From Acidimicrobiia bacterium (GTDB taxonomy: Bacteria > Actinomycetota > Acidimicrobiia > IMCC26256 > PALSA-610): DNA of 64,000 bases. The DNA is taken from positions 6,206 through 70,205 of the forward strand of contig JBBSFB010000009.1 in the NCBI GenBank assembly GCA_038239145.1. Direction: 5' to 3'. The position numbers and the translations under genes are program-made. Of the stretch, positions 1 through 11,760 are shown piece by piece. The notes beneath the pieces are model-generated. The model was not told where the DNA came from and searched no databases. It worked only from the letters and a program-made list of their open reading frames with translations. Positions within the stretch are counted from its first letter, which is position 1, and each line of letters starts with the position of its first letter.

Positions 1-451
1 CGGCGACCCGCCGGCTGGAAGCGTTCCGGGGCACGATCGCGGCTTCGAGCCGGTGCAACTGCAGCGCGTCGAATGCGTACTGCATGATCAGCACGACACC
101 TTCGGGGACGTACCCGCTCCCGGCGAGCGCTTCGTCGACCCAGTAGCCCACATAGCCCATCTGAAACGGGCCCCGCTGGACGCTGCCGAGGCTCACCTCG
201 CCCGCGAACCGGCCGTCGAGCAGGAAGAGCCCGAAGCCGTACGCAGCGTCGAAGTGCCGTTGCCGATCCCAGGCCCCGCACCGCGAGCGGAACGCTTCCC
301 GATCGAGCGCGGGGTCGACGCTGCCGACGTCGGGACGAGGCTCCCACCGTTCCAGCCAAACCCGACAGCGCAGGCGCACCTCGCGCCACGCTTCCCAGTC
401 CTCTTGCTTCAAGGGCCGCAGCATCACCTGCGAACCGATCAGCTCCGTCAC
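1..451 (-). CDS. GNAT family N-acetyltransferase (RimJ/RimL-like); 3' end runs off the window
   Basis: Absent from the ORF track because the window edge truncates it. My reverse-strand translation from GTG at 451 reads VTELIGSQVMLRPLKQEDWEAWREVRLRCRVWLERWEP...QMGYVGYWVDEALAGSGYVPEGVVLIMQYAFDALQLHRLEAAIVPRNASSRRV, a typical RimJ-type GNAT pattern. GTGA overlap with the stop of the upstream gene at 448-451. Confidence 0.75.
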   Translation of the reverse strand, partial: MTELIGSQVMLRPLKQEDWEAWREVRLRCRVWLERWEPRPDVGSVDPALDREAFRSRCGAWDRQRHFDAAYGFGLFLLDGRFAGEVSLGSVQRGPFQMGYVGYWVDEALAGSGYVPEGVVLIMQYAFDALQLHRLEAAIVPRNASSRRVA

Positions 452-2388
452 GACGAGCGCTCCTCCACCGGCAAAGCCTTTCTTATCGCATCGAGCGCGG
501 CGGGGTCCTCGAGCCCCGACTGGTCTCCGGGATCGGAGCCGGTCACGATCGACCGGATCGCGCGCCGCAGGATCTTTGCACTCCGCGTCTTCGGGAGTGC
601 CGTGGTGAAGCGTATTTCGGCGGGCTTGAACGACGGACCCAGCGCGTCGACGACACATGTGACCAGCGCCGACCGCAGCGAACCGTCGGGTTGTACGCCC
701 GGAACCGGGACGACGAAGACCCACAGCACCTCGCCCTTGAGGTCGTCGGGCGCCCCGATCGCGGCGGCTTCGAGCACGGACGGATGGGCGACTACCACCG
801 ACTCGACTTCGGCCGGGCCGAGACGTTTGCCCGCGAGCTTGATCGTGTCGTCGGACCGGCCGTGCAGGAACCATTGGCCGTCGTCGGTCACGCGGGCGAA
901 GTCGCCGTGCCACCACACCCCCGGGTACCGCGACCAGTACGTGTCGAGGTAACGCTGCGGGTCGCCGTAGAGGCCGCGCGTCATACCGGGCCACGGCGCC
1001 TTGCAGACGAGCTCTCCAACTTCGCCCCGGACCGGGTGCCCGGCGTCGTCGAACACGTCGACTGCCATGCCGAGCGCGGGCCCACCCAACGAGCACGGCG
1101 ACAGCGGCTCGACGACGTGCGGCGACAAGAAGCATGCCCCCACCTCGGTGCCACCAGAGATGTTGACAACCGGGCACCGGCCCCCGCCCACCACGGCGAA
1201 GTACCAGAGCCACGGCACCTCGTTCCACGGCTCGCCCGTGGAGGCCAGCACGCGCAGCGACGAGAGATCGTGCGCGCGGACCGGCTCGTCGCCGTGCGCC
1301 ATCAGTGCCCGGATCAACGTCGGTGACACCCCGAGCACGTTGACGCGATGGCGCTCGACGAACGACCACAACCGGTCGGGACCGGGGTAGTCGGGCGCGC
1401 CGTCGTACATGACCAGCGTGCCGCCCGCCGCAAGCGTCCCGATGATCTCCCACGGTCCCATGATCCAACCGATGTCGGTCAGCCAGAACAAGCGCTCACC
1501 CCGCCGGAGGTCCGTCTGGAAGGCGACCTCCTCGGCGACCTTGACGGTGAAGCCGGCGTGCACGTGCACCGCGCCCTTCGGCCGTCCCGTCGTTCCGCTC
1601 GTGTACGCGACGAACAACGGATGCTCGCTGTCGACGACGCGCGCGTCGAACGAAGCGTCGGGGAGATCGTCGAGGCGTACGTCGCGACCCGATTGCATCG
1701 GACAGTCGACGCGTCCCCGGCCGACGACCACGACCGTGTGCACAGTCGGAACCTGTTCGACCGCGGCGTCGGCGGTCTCCTTCATCGCAACGAGCTTGCC
1801 CCGCCGCCGGAAGCCCTCCGCGGTCACGACCGCGACCGCGCCCGCGTCCTGTAGGCGCACCGCGACCGCGTCGGCGCCGTACCCGGAGAAGATCGGCAGG
1901 AAGATCGCGCCGAGCTTCGCGATTGCGAAGAGCGCGGCAACGGTCTCGGGAACCATCGGCATGAAGAGCCCGACGGCATCTCCCTCACCCACTCCCCGCG
2001 CTGCGAGCCCGGCCGCGATCCGATCGGTGAGCGCACGCAACTCCTCGCCGGTCAAGGCGCGGGTCTCGCCGTCCTCGCCTTCCCAGACAATGGCCGGCTG
2101 CTCGGCATCGAGACCATCGAGGCACATCGTCGCCGCGTTCCCGCGACCGCCGACGAACCAGGTCGCCCATTCGATCCCGGCCGAGGTGTCGACCACGCGC
2201 TCGTAGGAGACCGCGAACCGGATGCCGAGAAAGCGCACGACCGCGTCCCAGAACCACTCCGGTTCGTCGATCGAGCGACGGAGCAACGTCGCGAAATCAT
2301 CGATGTGCTCGGCGATCATGAACCGGGCCACGTTGCTCTCGCGCAGCAGCGACTCGTCGGGCCGCCAGACGACGGGGGGAGCAACCAT
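448..2388 (-). CDS. AMP-forming acyl-CoA synthetase (acetyl-/acetoacetyl-CoA synthetase family)
   Basis: 646-aa ORF with AMP-binding signature YTSGTTGRPKG and C-terminal LPKTRSAKILRR motif typical of ACS-type adenylate-forming enzymes. Confidence 0.85.
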   Translation of the reverse strand: MVAPPVVWRPDESLLRESNVARFMIAEHIDDFATLLRRSIDEPEWFWDAVVRFLGIRFAVSYERVVDTSAGIEWATWFVGGRGNAATMCLDGLDAEQPAIVWEGEDGETRALTGEELRALTDRIAAGLAARGVGEGDAVGLFMPMVPETVAALFAIAKLGAIFLPIFSGYGADAVAVRLQDAGAVAVVTAEGFRRRGKLVAMKETADAAVEQVPTVHTVVVVGRGRVDCPMQSGRDVRLDDLPDASFDARVVDSEHPLFVAYTSGTTGRPKGAVHVHAGFTVKVAEEVAFQTDLRRGERLFWLTDIGWIMGPWEIIGTLAAGGTLVMYDGAPDYPGPDRLWSFVERHRVNVLGVSPTLIRALMAHGDEPVRAHDLSSLRVLASTGEPWNEVPWLWYFAVVGGGRCPVVNISGGTEVGACFLSPHVVEPLSPCSLGGPALGMAVDVFDDAGHPVRGEVGELVCKAPWPGMTRGLYGDPQRYLDTYWSRYPGVWWHGDFARVTDDGQWFLHGRSDDTIKLAGKRLGPAEVESVVVAHPSVLEAAAIGAPDDLKGEVLWVFVVPVPGVQPDGSLRSALVTCVVDALGPSFKPAEIRFTTALPKTRSAKILRRAIRSIVTGSDPGDQSGLEDPAALDAIRKALPVEERSS

Positions 2389-2438
2389 TCGGCGCCGAAT
2401 CTAACCCCTGTACGGGGGCGCCTCCGCGGCCCGATAGC

Positions 2439-3047
<609 letters not shown>

Positions 3048-3059
3048 TCCGGTCCACCA

Positions 3060-3367
3060 TCGCGCTCGCGATGTCCGCGACCGCGGCGAACGAGACCCCG
3101 AGTCGGAGTCCTTGGCCCGGTAGAGCGCCGTATCAGCCGCGCCGGTGCAGAAGGACCGCGCCCAGGTCGTGGAGCAACCCAGCCGAGAACGCGTCGGCGG
3201 TGGACCGACCGACCTTGCCCGCGATCACCGACGCGGTCGTGATCGCGTGGCGCCAGAACCCGTCGGGGCGACCAGGAGAACGGGCTGTTGGCGAGGCGCA
3301 TCACCCGGGCCGCGAGCACCTGCTCCGCCGCCGCGGGTTGGGCCGAGAGCGCCAGGAGTACATCGAC
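3060..3367 (-). pseudogene. possible remnant of an HDOD-domain gene (frameshifted, internally deleted, no start)
   Basis: 367-nt spacer between convergent genes. One minus-strand frame reads ...AAAEQVLAARVMRLANSPFS. A second frame continues GFWRHAITTASVIAGKVGRSTADAFSAGLLHDLGAVLLHRRG* (stop at 3133-3135). Together these resemble the HDOD signatures (L)RLANSxxF and W.HS...A...aF.aGLLHDiG. A stop lies directly upstream at 3368-3370. Confidence 0.35.
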
Positions 3368-3414
3368 TCACCGACGAGATTGTCGGCGGCCGACGAGCCC
3401 GACCGAAGGGTCTC

Positions 3415-4503
3415 CTACAGGAGTGTGCCCAAAGCCCCGAGCAGCGTGACGACCGAACGCTCCCGCGCCGAATGTCCCATAAGCCCAATGCGCCAACCCT
3501 TGCCTGCAAGCTCGCCCAGGCCGCCGCCGACCTCGATGCCGAATCGCGACCGCAGCTCGCCCCGGAGCTTGACGTCGTCGGTGCCGTCGGGCAGCCACAC
3601 CGACGTGAGCTGCGGAAGCCGACGGTGGACTGCAAACGGACGGAATCCGAGGTCGGGCAACGCGTCCTGCAACAGCCCGCCGACGTGGCGATGGCGAGCG
3701 TGGGTCGCGTCAAGACCCTCTTCGAGCACGACGCCGAGGCCGGCGTGCAACGCGTACAACATCGAGATCGGCGCGGTGTGGTGGTAACGACGCGCGGTCC
3801 CGACGTAGTCGGCGAGCAGACTGAGGTCGAGATACCACGATTGCGGCGGCTGCTTCCGGCCCCGCACCCGTTCGACCGCGCGGGCCGAGAAACTCAACGG
3901 CGCAAGGCCGGGTGGCACCCCGAGACACTTCTGGGTACCCGAATAGACCGCGTCGATGCCCCAGCCGTCGACGTCGACGGGGATACCACCGAGCGAGGTA
4001 ACTGCGTCGACGAGCAGCAACGTGTCGGTATGTTGCAACGCGGCGAGCGGCGCAATCTCGTTCTCCACACCGGTCGACGTCTCCGCGTGCACGACCGCGA
4101 GCAGCCGCGCGTTGCCGTGCGCGCGTTGGGCGTCGAGCAGCTGCTGCGGATCGATAGCGTGTCCCCACGGCGCGTCGACGCGCACGATCTCGGCACCGCA
4201 GCGGCGCGCAACCTCGCACATCCGCTCACCGAACACACCGTTCACACCAATGATCGCGGTGTCGCCCGGTTCGAGCAGATTAACGAAACACGCTTCCATA
4301 CCGGCCGAACCGGTGCCGCTGATCGGGAGCGTCAGTGCGTTCTGCGTGCGAAAGAGCGCCCGCAACCGATCCGCGATCTCGTCGAGCACGCCGAGGAACT
4401 CGGGATCGAGATGCCCGAGCACCGGGCGTTGAAACGCTTCCATCACCTCGGGATACGGGTTCGACGGACCCGGACCGAGCAGCAGTTGATCGGAGTGAAC
4501 CAC
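3415..4503 (-). CDS. class V pyridoxal-phosphate aminotransferase (alanine-glyoxylate / serine-pyruvate type)
   Basis: 362-aa ORF with N-terminal LLLGPGPSNPYPEV and PLP-lysine context YSGTQKCLGVPPG, typical of AGXT/SPT-type class V aminotransferases. Confidence 0.85.
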   Translation of the reverse strand: MVHSDQLLLGPGPSNPYPEVMEAFQRPVLGHLDPEFLGVLDEIADRLRALFRTQNALTLPISGTGSAGMEACFVNLLEPGDTAIIGVNGVFGERMCEVARRCGAEIVRVDAPWGHAIDPQQLLDAQRAHGNARLLAVVHAETSTGVENEIAPLAALQHTDTLLLVDAVTSLGGIPVDVDGWGIDAVYSGTQKCLGVPPGLAPLSFSARAVERVRGRKQPPQSWYLDLSLLADYVGTARRYHHTAPISMLYALHAGLGVVLEEGLDATHARHRHVGGLLQDALPDLGFRPFAVHRRLPQLTSVWLPDGTDDVKLRGELRSRFGIEVGGGLGELAGKGWRIGLMGHSARERSVVTLLGALGTLL

Positions 4504-4547
4504 GATCCGAGACTACCGAGCGGGCGCTCGCCGGCCCGCGCCTGCGC

Positions 4548-4940
4548 TCAGGCGGCTTGGAACTCGGCCAGGCAGGGAAGGCGACGCCAACCGCGGCCGA
4601 GCACGTGCAACGCGTCGTCGACGCCGGGGTGATCGCCGACGACCAGACCGCGTGCGAGCTGAGCTGCGGCGCGCGCGACGCACGTGACCTCCGTGTCGGG
4701 GAGATCGATGTGTTCGCGCTGCGCGACCTCTTGCACCTTCGTCGCGGCGTCGAGTGCAGCCAGCGCGGCGTCGTGCATTCGATGCGTGCGCCGCAGCGTC
4801 TGCTCGATGATCAGCACCGCTCGTGTGCTCGCGATCTCGTCGGCCGTCGACGTGCGCACTTCGTGCAGATCGGACGCGATCGAGCGGACATCGTCGACCG
4901 TGAGCCCGGTCAACGCCGATCCGAAGATTTGCACGTCCAT
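4548..4940 (-). CDS. hypothetical protein
   Basis: 130-aa ORF on the same strand as its neighbours with GC3-rich codons. No recognisable motif. Confidence 0.5.
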   Translation of the reverse strand: MDVQIFGSALTGLTVDDVRSIASDLHEVRTSTADEIASTRAVLIIEQTLRRTHRMHDAALAALDAATKVQEVAQREHIDLPDTEVTCVARAAAQLARGLVVGDHPGVDDALHVLGRGWRRLPCLAEFQAA

Positions 4941-5019
4941 AGCTGTTATCTCGGCAAATTGCCCGACAAGTAAAGCGCGAGGGTGTCACCCGCCCCCACG
5001 CTGGATCGTCAGTGGGCGG

Positions 5020-5952
5020 TCAGGGAAGTCGGGCCGTGTCGCGCGCGAGGCCGTCGAGGATGTCGGCCTCGGACACGAGCAGCGACTCGAACCCCCAGTG
5101 CCGCATCACGCTGACCACGACGATCGCGCCGCCGACGATGACGTCGACTCGCCCCGGGTCCAGACCGGGATTGTGCTTGCGCAGTTTGACGGGCTCTGTC
5201 GCGAGGGTGCGGAAGACCTCCTCGGCGGCGGCGCGGGTAAGACGGAAGTGGTCGATGAGGTCGCTGCGGTCGGCATCGACGCCGAGCTCGATCGCGGCGA
5301 GCGTCCACACGGTTCCGGCCGTCCCCACGAGGGTGGGCGCGTCCCACGACCGGGGCATCGTCCGGGCCACGTCGGCGAGCTGGTCGCGCACGACCGATAC
5401 GGCCTGACTCAGCTCCTCCGGCGACGGTGGGTCGGAATGCAGGTACTGCTCGGTGAGGCGCACGCAGCCGATGTCGAGAGAGCAGAGCCCCTCGGGCTCT
5501 TCGGTACCGACGATGAGCTCGGTCGAGCCGCCCCCCACGTCGACGACGAGGAACGGGGCCGGCTCAGTCAGGTTCGCGGTGGCACCGATGAACTCGAGCC
5601 GGGCCTCCGCGACACCTTCGAGCAGCTCGGGCCGAGCGCCGAGCAACTCCTCGGCCAGGTCGAAGAGATCGTCGCGGTTGCCGGCGTCGCGCGCGGCACT
5701 GGTTGCCGTGGCCCGGACCCGTTCGACGCCGAGATCCTTGATGGTCCTGCTGTACTCACGCAGCACCGCGAGCACGCGCTCGATCGCGTCGGGATGGAGC
5801 AAGCGATCGCGATCGACGCCCTGGCCCAGGCGGGTGATCTGGGTGCGCCGCTCGACGGTGACGAGCTTCGCGTCGCGTCCGGGACCGTCGACGTCGGCGA
5901 CGAGCAGGCGGGTCGAGTTGGTTCCCATGTCGATGGCGGCGACGCGCGTCAT
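5020..5952 (-). CDS. ppx: Ppx/GppA family exopolyphosphatase
   Basis: ASKHA-fold phosphate-1 motif AAIDMGTNSTRLLV. Start moved to the ATG at 5952 (MTRVAAIDMG), which forms an ATGA overlap with the DUF501 stop at 5949. The longer track ORF (to 6030) adds only an Arg/Pro-rich extension. Confidence 0.88.
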   Translation of the reverse strand: MTRVAAIDMGTNSTRLLVADVDGPGRDAKLVTVERRTQITRLGQGVDRDRLLHPDAIERVLAVLREYSRTIKDLGVERVRATATSAARDAGNRDDLFDLAEELLGARPELLEGVAEARLEFIGATANLTEPAPFLVVDVGGGSTELIVGTEEPEGLCSLDIGCVRLTEQYLHSDPPSPEELSQAVSVVRDQLADVARTMPRSWDAPTLVGTAGTVWTLAAIELGVDADRSDLIDHFRLTRAAAEEVFRTLATEPVKLRKHNPGLDPGRVDVIVGGAIVVVSVMRHWGFESLLVSEADILDGLARDTARLP

Positions 5953-6434
5953 TGCAGGTTCTCCTCGACCCACCGACCGACCGGATCGTCGCCGCCGGCG
6001 AGGTGGTACGCGAGGTGGGCGTGGAGGCATTTCACGCCGCGGGCAGTGCCGCCGACGCCTCCGCTCGGGCGGGGCCCGATGTGATCGGACGCGAGCTCGG
6101 CGTCACGTTCGCGTGCGTAGCGCTCGTGGGCAGAACCAACGGCTTCCGGCGCGACCGCGGCTTCGGCGGCCCGCACGCCCCCGGCCGACTCGAGCCGGGC
6201 GACACGGAGCGAGAGGTCGGGATCGACCAGCCAGTAGCGGGTCGGCATCGGCGTGCCGTCGTCGAGGAGCGGCGCGTTGCGGATCACGGCCGGATCGCCG
6301 TTTGCGCTGCGCACCACCACGACGAATCCGGCGCGCGGCTCCCGGCCCAACAATCGGGTCAGGGCGGTCACGTCGCGCTCGTCCCGGGAGTAGGGCGGCG
6401 GGGAATTCGCGGGCGGCGAATCGATCTTCGGCAC
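5949..6434 (-). CDS. DUF501 domain protein
   Basis: 161-aa ORF with ...AVIRNAPLLDDGTPMPTRYWLVDPDL... Its position between ppx and the ftsB-like gene matches the conserved actinobacterial arrangement (from memory). Confidence 0.75.
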   Translation of the reverse strand: MPKIDSPPANSPPPYSRDERDVTALTRLLGREPRAGFVVVVRSANGDPAVIRNAPLLDDGTPMPTRYWLVDPDLSLRVARLESAGGVRAAEAAVAPEAVGSAHERYARERDAELASDHIGPRPSGGVGGTARGVKCLHAHLAYHLAGGDDPVGRWVEENLQ

Positions 6435-6485
6435 CGCCCGAGTCTACGAAAACGGGATCGGGGAAGACGCGGTCAGGGAACCTGG

Positions 6486-8167
<1,682 letters not shown>

Positions 8168-8317
8168 CTAGTGGCAGCGAACGCACGTTCGGTGCCCCAC
8201 AGTGGCCCCTCCGGCACCACCGCCCGCGCCTTCGTTGCGACGATTCGTTCGACGAATCGCCGTGACGGAGTTCGGGGTCGTTCCCACCTGGGGCCCGGGC
8301 CCCTGCCGCCGACCGCG

Positions 8318-9184
8318 TCAGGTCGCGGGCGCGCGAGGTGCGGGCGGATCCGGAGCCGACGGCACCACCACCGGCGGCGTCGGGAGCGGGAGGGGCGCGA
8401 TCCCGGCCACAGACCGGAACACGTCGAGCAGCTCGATCGGGATCGGGAAGATGATTGTCGAGTTCCGCTCGACCGAGATCTCCGCCATCGTCTGCAACGT
8501 CCGCAGCTGCATCGCGCCCGGGCTGGCGGCCATCATCGCCGCGGCCTCACCCAGCTTCTGCGACGCCTGCATCTCACCCTCGGCCGCGATGATCTTCGCC
8601 CGCCGTTCCCGCTCTGCTTCGGCCTGGCGGGCCATGGCCCGCTGCATCTGCTCGGGGAGACCGACATCGCGGATCTCGACCAGCTCCACCTCGACACCCC
8701 ACGACTCGGTCTGCTGATCGAGCGCGATCTTCAGCTCCTGGTTGATCCGGTCCCGCTCGCCGAGCAGCTGGTCGAGCTCGTGGCGGCCGATGATCGAGCG
8801 CAGCGAGGTCTGGGCGACCAGCTGGGCCGCGTTGAACCAGTTCTGGATCTTGATGACCGACGCGACGGGGTCCTTCACCCGGAAATATGCGACCGCATCG
8901 ACCGCGACCGTCACGTTGTCCTTGGTGATCACCTGCTGCGACGCGACCGGAACCGCTTGCGTCTGCAGGTTGACCCGGATGATGTGGCTGATGAACGGCG
9001 GCACGATGAAGATGCCGGGCCCCCGAGCCCCCCGGCACCGGCCAAACACGAACAGCACACCCCGCTCGTACTCCTGCACGACCCGGACCCCGGAGGCGAC
9101 CAGCCACAGCAAGACGATGATCAGGACGACGAGCAGAATTCCGACGATTGCCACGCGCACATTGTCGTCCGTGGCCGCTCGCAC
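8318..9184 (-). CDS. SPFH/band-7 (stomatin-like) membrane protein
   Basis: 288 aa: N-terminal TM helix, then VQEYERGVLFVFGR...QQVITKDNVTVAVDAVAYFRVKDP... and AEAERERRAKIIAAEGE, typical of the stomatin/HflC family. Confidence 0.87.
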   Translation of the reverse strand: MRAATDDNVRVAIVGILLVVLIIVLLWLVASGVRVVQEYERGVLFVFGRCRGARGPGIFIVPPFISHIIRVNLQTQAVPVASQQVITKDNVTVAVDAVAYFRVKDPVASVIKIQNWFNAAQLVAQTSLRSIIGRHELDQLLGERDRINQELKIALDQQTESWGVEVELVEIRDVGLPEQMQRAMARQAEAERERRAKIIAAEGEMQASQKLGEAAAMMAASPGAMQLRTLQTMAEISVERNSTIIFPIPIELLDVFRSVAGIAPLPLPTPPVVVPSAPDPPAPRAPAT

Positions 9185-9193
9185 CCCGGGGAT

Positions 9194-10630
9194 CTAGAGC
9201 GCGGCGCGCTCCCACAGCCGGCGGACGCTCGCGGGGTCGGCGGCGGCGAGGTCGACGTCGGCCTCGGCCGCGAGCCGCTCCATCCGGGTGAAGCGGTCCC
9301 GGAAACGCCCGGCCCACGCATTGAGCGCCGATTCGCCGTCGAGACCATTGCCCGCTCCGGCCGCCGCCAGTGCCGCGAGCGCCCGACCGAGCGCTTCGTC
9401 GGTCCCGGCCGGGTCGGCGACGGGCTCGGCGTCGGCATCGGAGGCGCCGAGATCAGGCGTGAGTCCGACCGACGCCGCCTTGCGCAGCAGCTTCTGCACG
9501 TAGATGAGCGACGGCAGGCCCGGCGTGATGCCCTCGACGAGCGAGATGTGACCCTTCTCGTCGTGTTTGATCTGCTCCCAGTTGGTGACCACCTCGTCGG
9601 CGGTTTCCACCTCGACCGTACCGAAGACATGCGGATGACGGCGCACCAGCTTGGCGTGGATCCCGCGGGCGACATCGGCGAGCGTGAACGCGCCCGCTTC
9701 CGATGCAAGGACCGAATGGATCATCACCTGGAAGAGGAGATCGCCGAGCTCGTCTTCGAGTCCGTCATACGCGCCCGGAGGAATATCACCGGCCGGCGCG
9801 TCGGTCGGCAGTTCGTCGATCGCGGCCGCGACCTCGTACGCCTCCTCGATCACGTGGCGGCGCAGGGAGTGATGGGTCTGGGCCGCGTCCCACGGGCAGC
9901 CGCCCGGACCTCGCAAGCGCTCTGTCAACGCGAGCAACCGCGCGAGCTCACCCGCCACCGATACGCCGCCTGTGTCGACGAACACCGAGGTCAGATGGTC
10001 GGGCTCGACCGACCGGTCGAGCTGCGAGAGCTCCACCGTGATCAGCTGTTCGTCGGGCAGCCCGAGGCCCTGCAACACGACCACCTCGTGCTCGGGCGGG
10101 AGCACCTCGAGCAGCGCAAGCTTCACGTCGGACAACACGAACCTGGTGTCGCACTGCGCCAGGAGCATCGCACCCGAGAACCCGGCCGAGTCGACCGTGA
10201 ACGTGCGGGCGTCGATGACGCGCGCTCCCGTCATCGGATCGATGCCGAGCCGGTTCCAGGCGATGTCGGCGAAGGAGATCCCGGGCACGATCTCGATGTC
10301 GATCCCGACCCCCCGGAGCAACGCCACCGTGCGCTCCGCTACCGACGGGCTCCCTGGCACCGCGTACGCGACCTCACCGTGCTCGTGCGCGGCCTCGACC
10401 ACCCGGGCCGCGATCGCGGCGTACACGGTGTCGAGATCGTCGCCGCTGTCGTAGAGCAGGTCGAGCGGCTCGAGCTCCAAGCCTTCCCGGGCGAGCTCGT
10501 CCACGGCGGGATGACGCGCCGTGCGTACGTAGCGAACCGGTATCCGTTGTAGCGCGGCGCGCGCCGCGGGCAACAGCAGGTCGACGCCGGCCGGACCGAG
10601 GCCGACCACGACGACGCGCGGCCGACTCAC
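9194..10630 (-). CDS. mazG: tetrapyrrole-methylase-like domain fused to MazG nucleoside triphosphate pyrophosphohydrolase (YabN-type)
   Basis: The N-terminal half begins VVVVGLGPAG (methylase-like fold). The C-terminal half carries MazG EExxE/D motifs (HVIEEAYEVAAAI, EDELGDLLFQV). Start set to the GTG at 10630, giving a GTGA overlap with the upstream stop. Lies next to mfd, as YabN does in Bacillus (from memory). Confidence 0.85.
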   Translation of the reverse strand: MSRPRVVVVGLGPAGVDLLLPAARAALQRIPVRYVRTARHPAVDELAREGLELEPLDLLYDSGDDLDTVYAAIAARVVEAAHEHGEVAYAVPGSPSVAERTVALLRGVGIDIEIVPGISFADIAWNRLGIDPMTGARVIDARTFTVDSAGFSGAMLLAQCDTRFVLSDVKLALLEVLPPEHEVVVLQGLGLPDEQLITVELSQLDRSVEPDHLTSVFVDTGGVSVAGELARLLALTERLRGPGGCPWDAAQTHHSLRRHVIEEAYEVAAAIDELPTDAPAGDIPPGAYDGLEDELGDLLFQVMIHSVLASEAGAFTLADVARGIHAKLVRRHPHVFGTVEVETADEVVTNWEQIKHDEKGHISLVEGITPGLPSLIYVQKLLRKAASVGLTPDLGASDADAEPVADPAGTDEALGRALAALAAAGAGNGLDGESALNAWAGRFRDRFTRMERLAAEADVDLAAADPASVRRLWERAAL

Positions 10631-11760
10631 CCGGCCGCGGGAACGGTCGTCGTGGTTGTCGTCGGCGCGGCACACACGGCGTTGTCCTCCCGGCACGTGC
10701 GCACGGCCGGGACCTTCGGCGCAGTGACGCTGTAGAAGAGCTGGCCCCGCTGGGAGTCGACGGCGAGGCTCCCCGTACCGAACTGCGGATCGATCCACAC
10801 CTTCATCGACTGCAACCGGAGATCACGGGCGACGAGCGGGTTCTGCTGCAGTGCCGTCGAGAGCTCGCTTCGCAGATTGGCGTAGCTCGCGTGCTTGACC
10901 AGGATCACGTGGTAGCCGAACTGCGACTTCACGGGTCCGATCGGCTTGTCGAACGGCGCCGCGTACGCGGCGGCCTCGAACGGCGCTACGAAGGTGCCCT
11001 TGCGCAGGCATCCGACCGCGCCGCCGACCTTGGCCGAGGTGGTGTCGGTCGACTTGGTCTTGGCGAGAGCGGCGAACGAGCCGCCCGCGCTGAGCTGGTC
11101 GAGGATCGTCTGCGCGTTCGCCTGCTCCTTGACGAGGATCTGGTAGACGACCCGGCCCGACGGGCACAGATCGGTGGCGAACTCGTCGTACAACGCATGT
11201 TCCTTGGCCGGCGTGAGCGCCGTGTAGTACGCGCCGACCGCTTCCGCGCGCGCCTGACGATCGATCAGAATGTTCTGGAACGACTTCGGGAACGACGCGA
11301 ACACGGCGCCCGGGCCGGTGAACGTCTGCTGCCCGGTCGAGGGATTGGTCTGTAACTCGGTGTCGAGCGCAAACTCCTGCTTCGCATCCGTCGTCGCGCT
11401 GGTGCGCGCTTGCGGCGTGATCGTGAGCTTGAGCGCGGAGAACTGCGCGTCGAGCGCCGACTGCTCGACCAGCTGACTCAGGTAGCTCGTCGACACGTCC
11501 TGCGCGGTGGTGTTCTTCTGATCACCGCCGAGGCTGAAGTTGTGGCTCTTCAGCAGGGTCTGGAACTGCTTGCTCCCGACGAGCTGCCCGAGCTGCTTTT
11601 TGTATTCGGCGTCGGAGACGTGGATCGAGTGCGCGCCCTTGGAGTCGGTGTAGGTCATCGACGCGGCGTCGGTCGACTTGTTCGAACACCCGGTCAGGCC
11701 GAGGGCGACCGCACCGACGAGAAGAGGAACCGCGACACGACGGAACCGGCTGGCCATCAT
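10627..11760 (-). CDS. parvulin-type peptidyl-prolyl isomerase lipoprotein (SurA/PrsA-like)
   Basis: Start set to the ATG at 11760 (MMASRFRRVAVPLLVGAVALGLTGCS, lipobox), giving an ATGA overlap with the mfd stop. PpiC domain ...ILVKEQANAQTILDQL...VGGAVGCLRKGTFVAPFEAAAYAA...FGYHVILV. The track ORF to 12102 is an Arg/Gly-rich extension. Confidence 0.8.
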   Translation of the reverse strand: MMASRFRRVAVPLLVGAVALGLTGCSNKSTDAASMTYTDSKGAHSIHVSDAEYKKQLGQLVGSKQFQTLLKSHNFSLGGDQKNTTAQDVSTSYLSQLVEQSALDAQFSALKLTITPQARTSATTDAKQEFALDTELQTNPSTGQQTFTGPGAVFASFPKSFQNILIDRQARAEAVGAYYTALTPAKEHALYDEFATDLCPSGRVVYQILVKEQANAQTILDQLSAGGSFAALAKTKSTDTTSAKVGGAVGCLRKGTFVAPFEAAAYAAPFDKPIGPVKSQFGYHVILVKHASYANLRSELSTALQQNPLVARDLRLQSMKVWIDPQFGTGSLAVDSQRGQLFYSVTAPKVPAVRTCREDNAVCAAPTTTTTTVPAAG

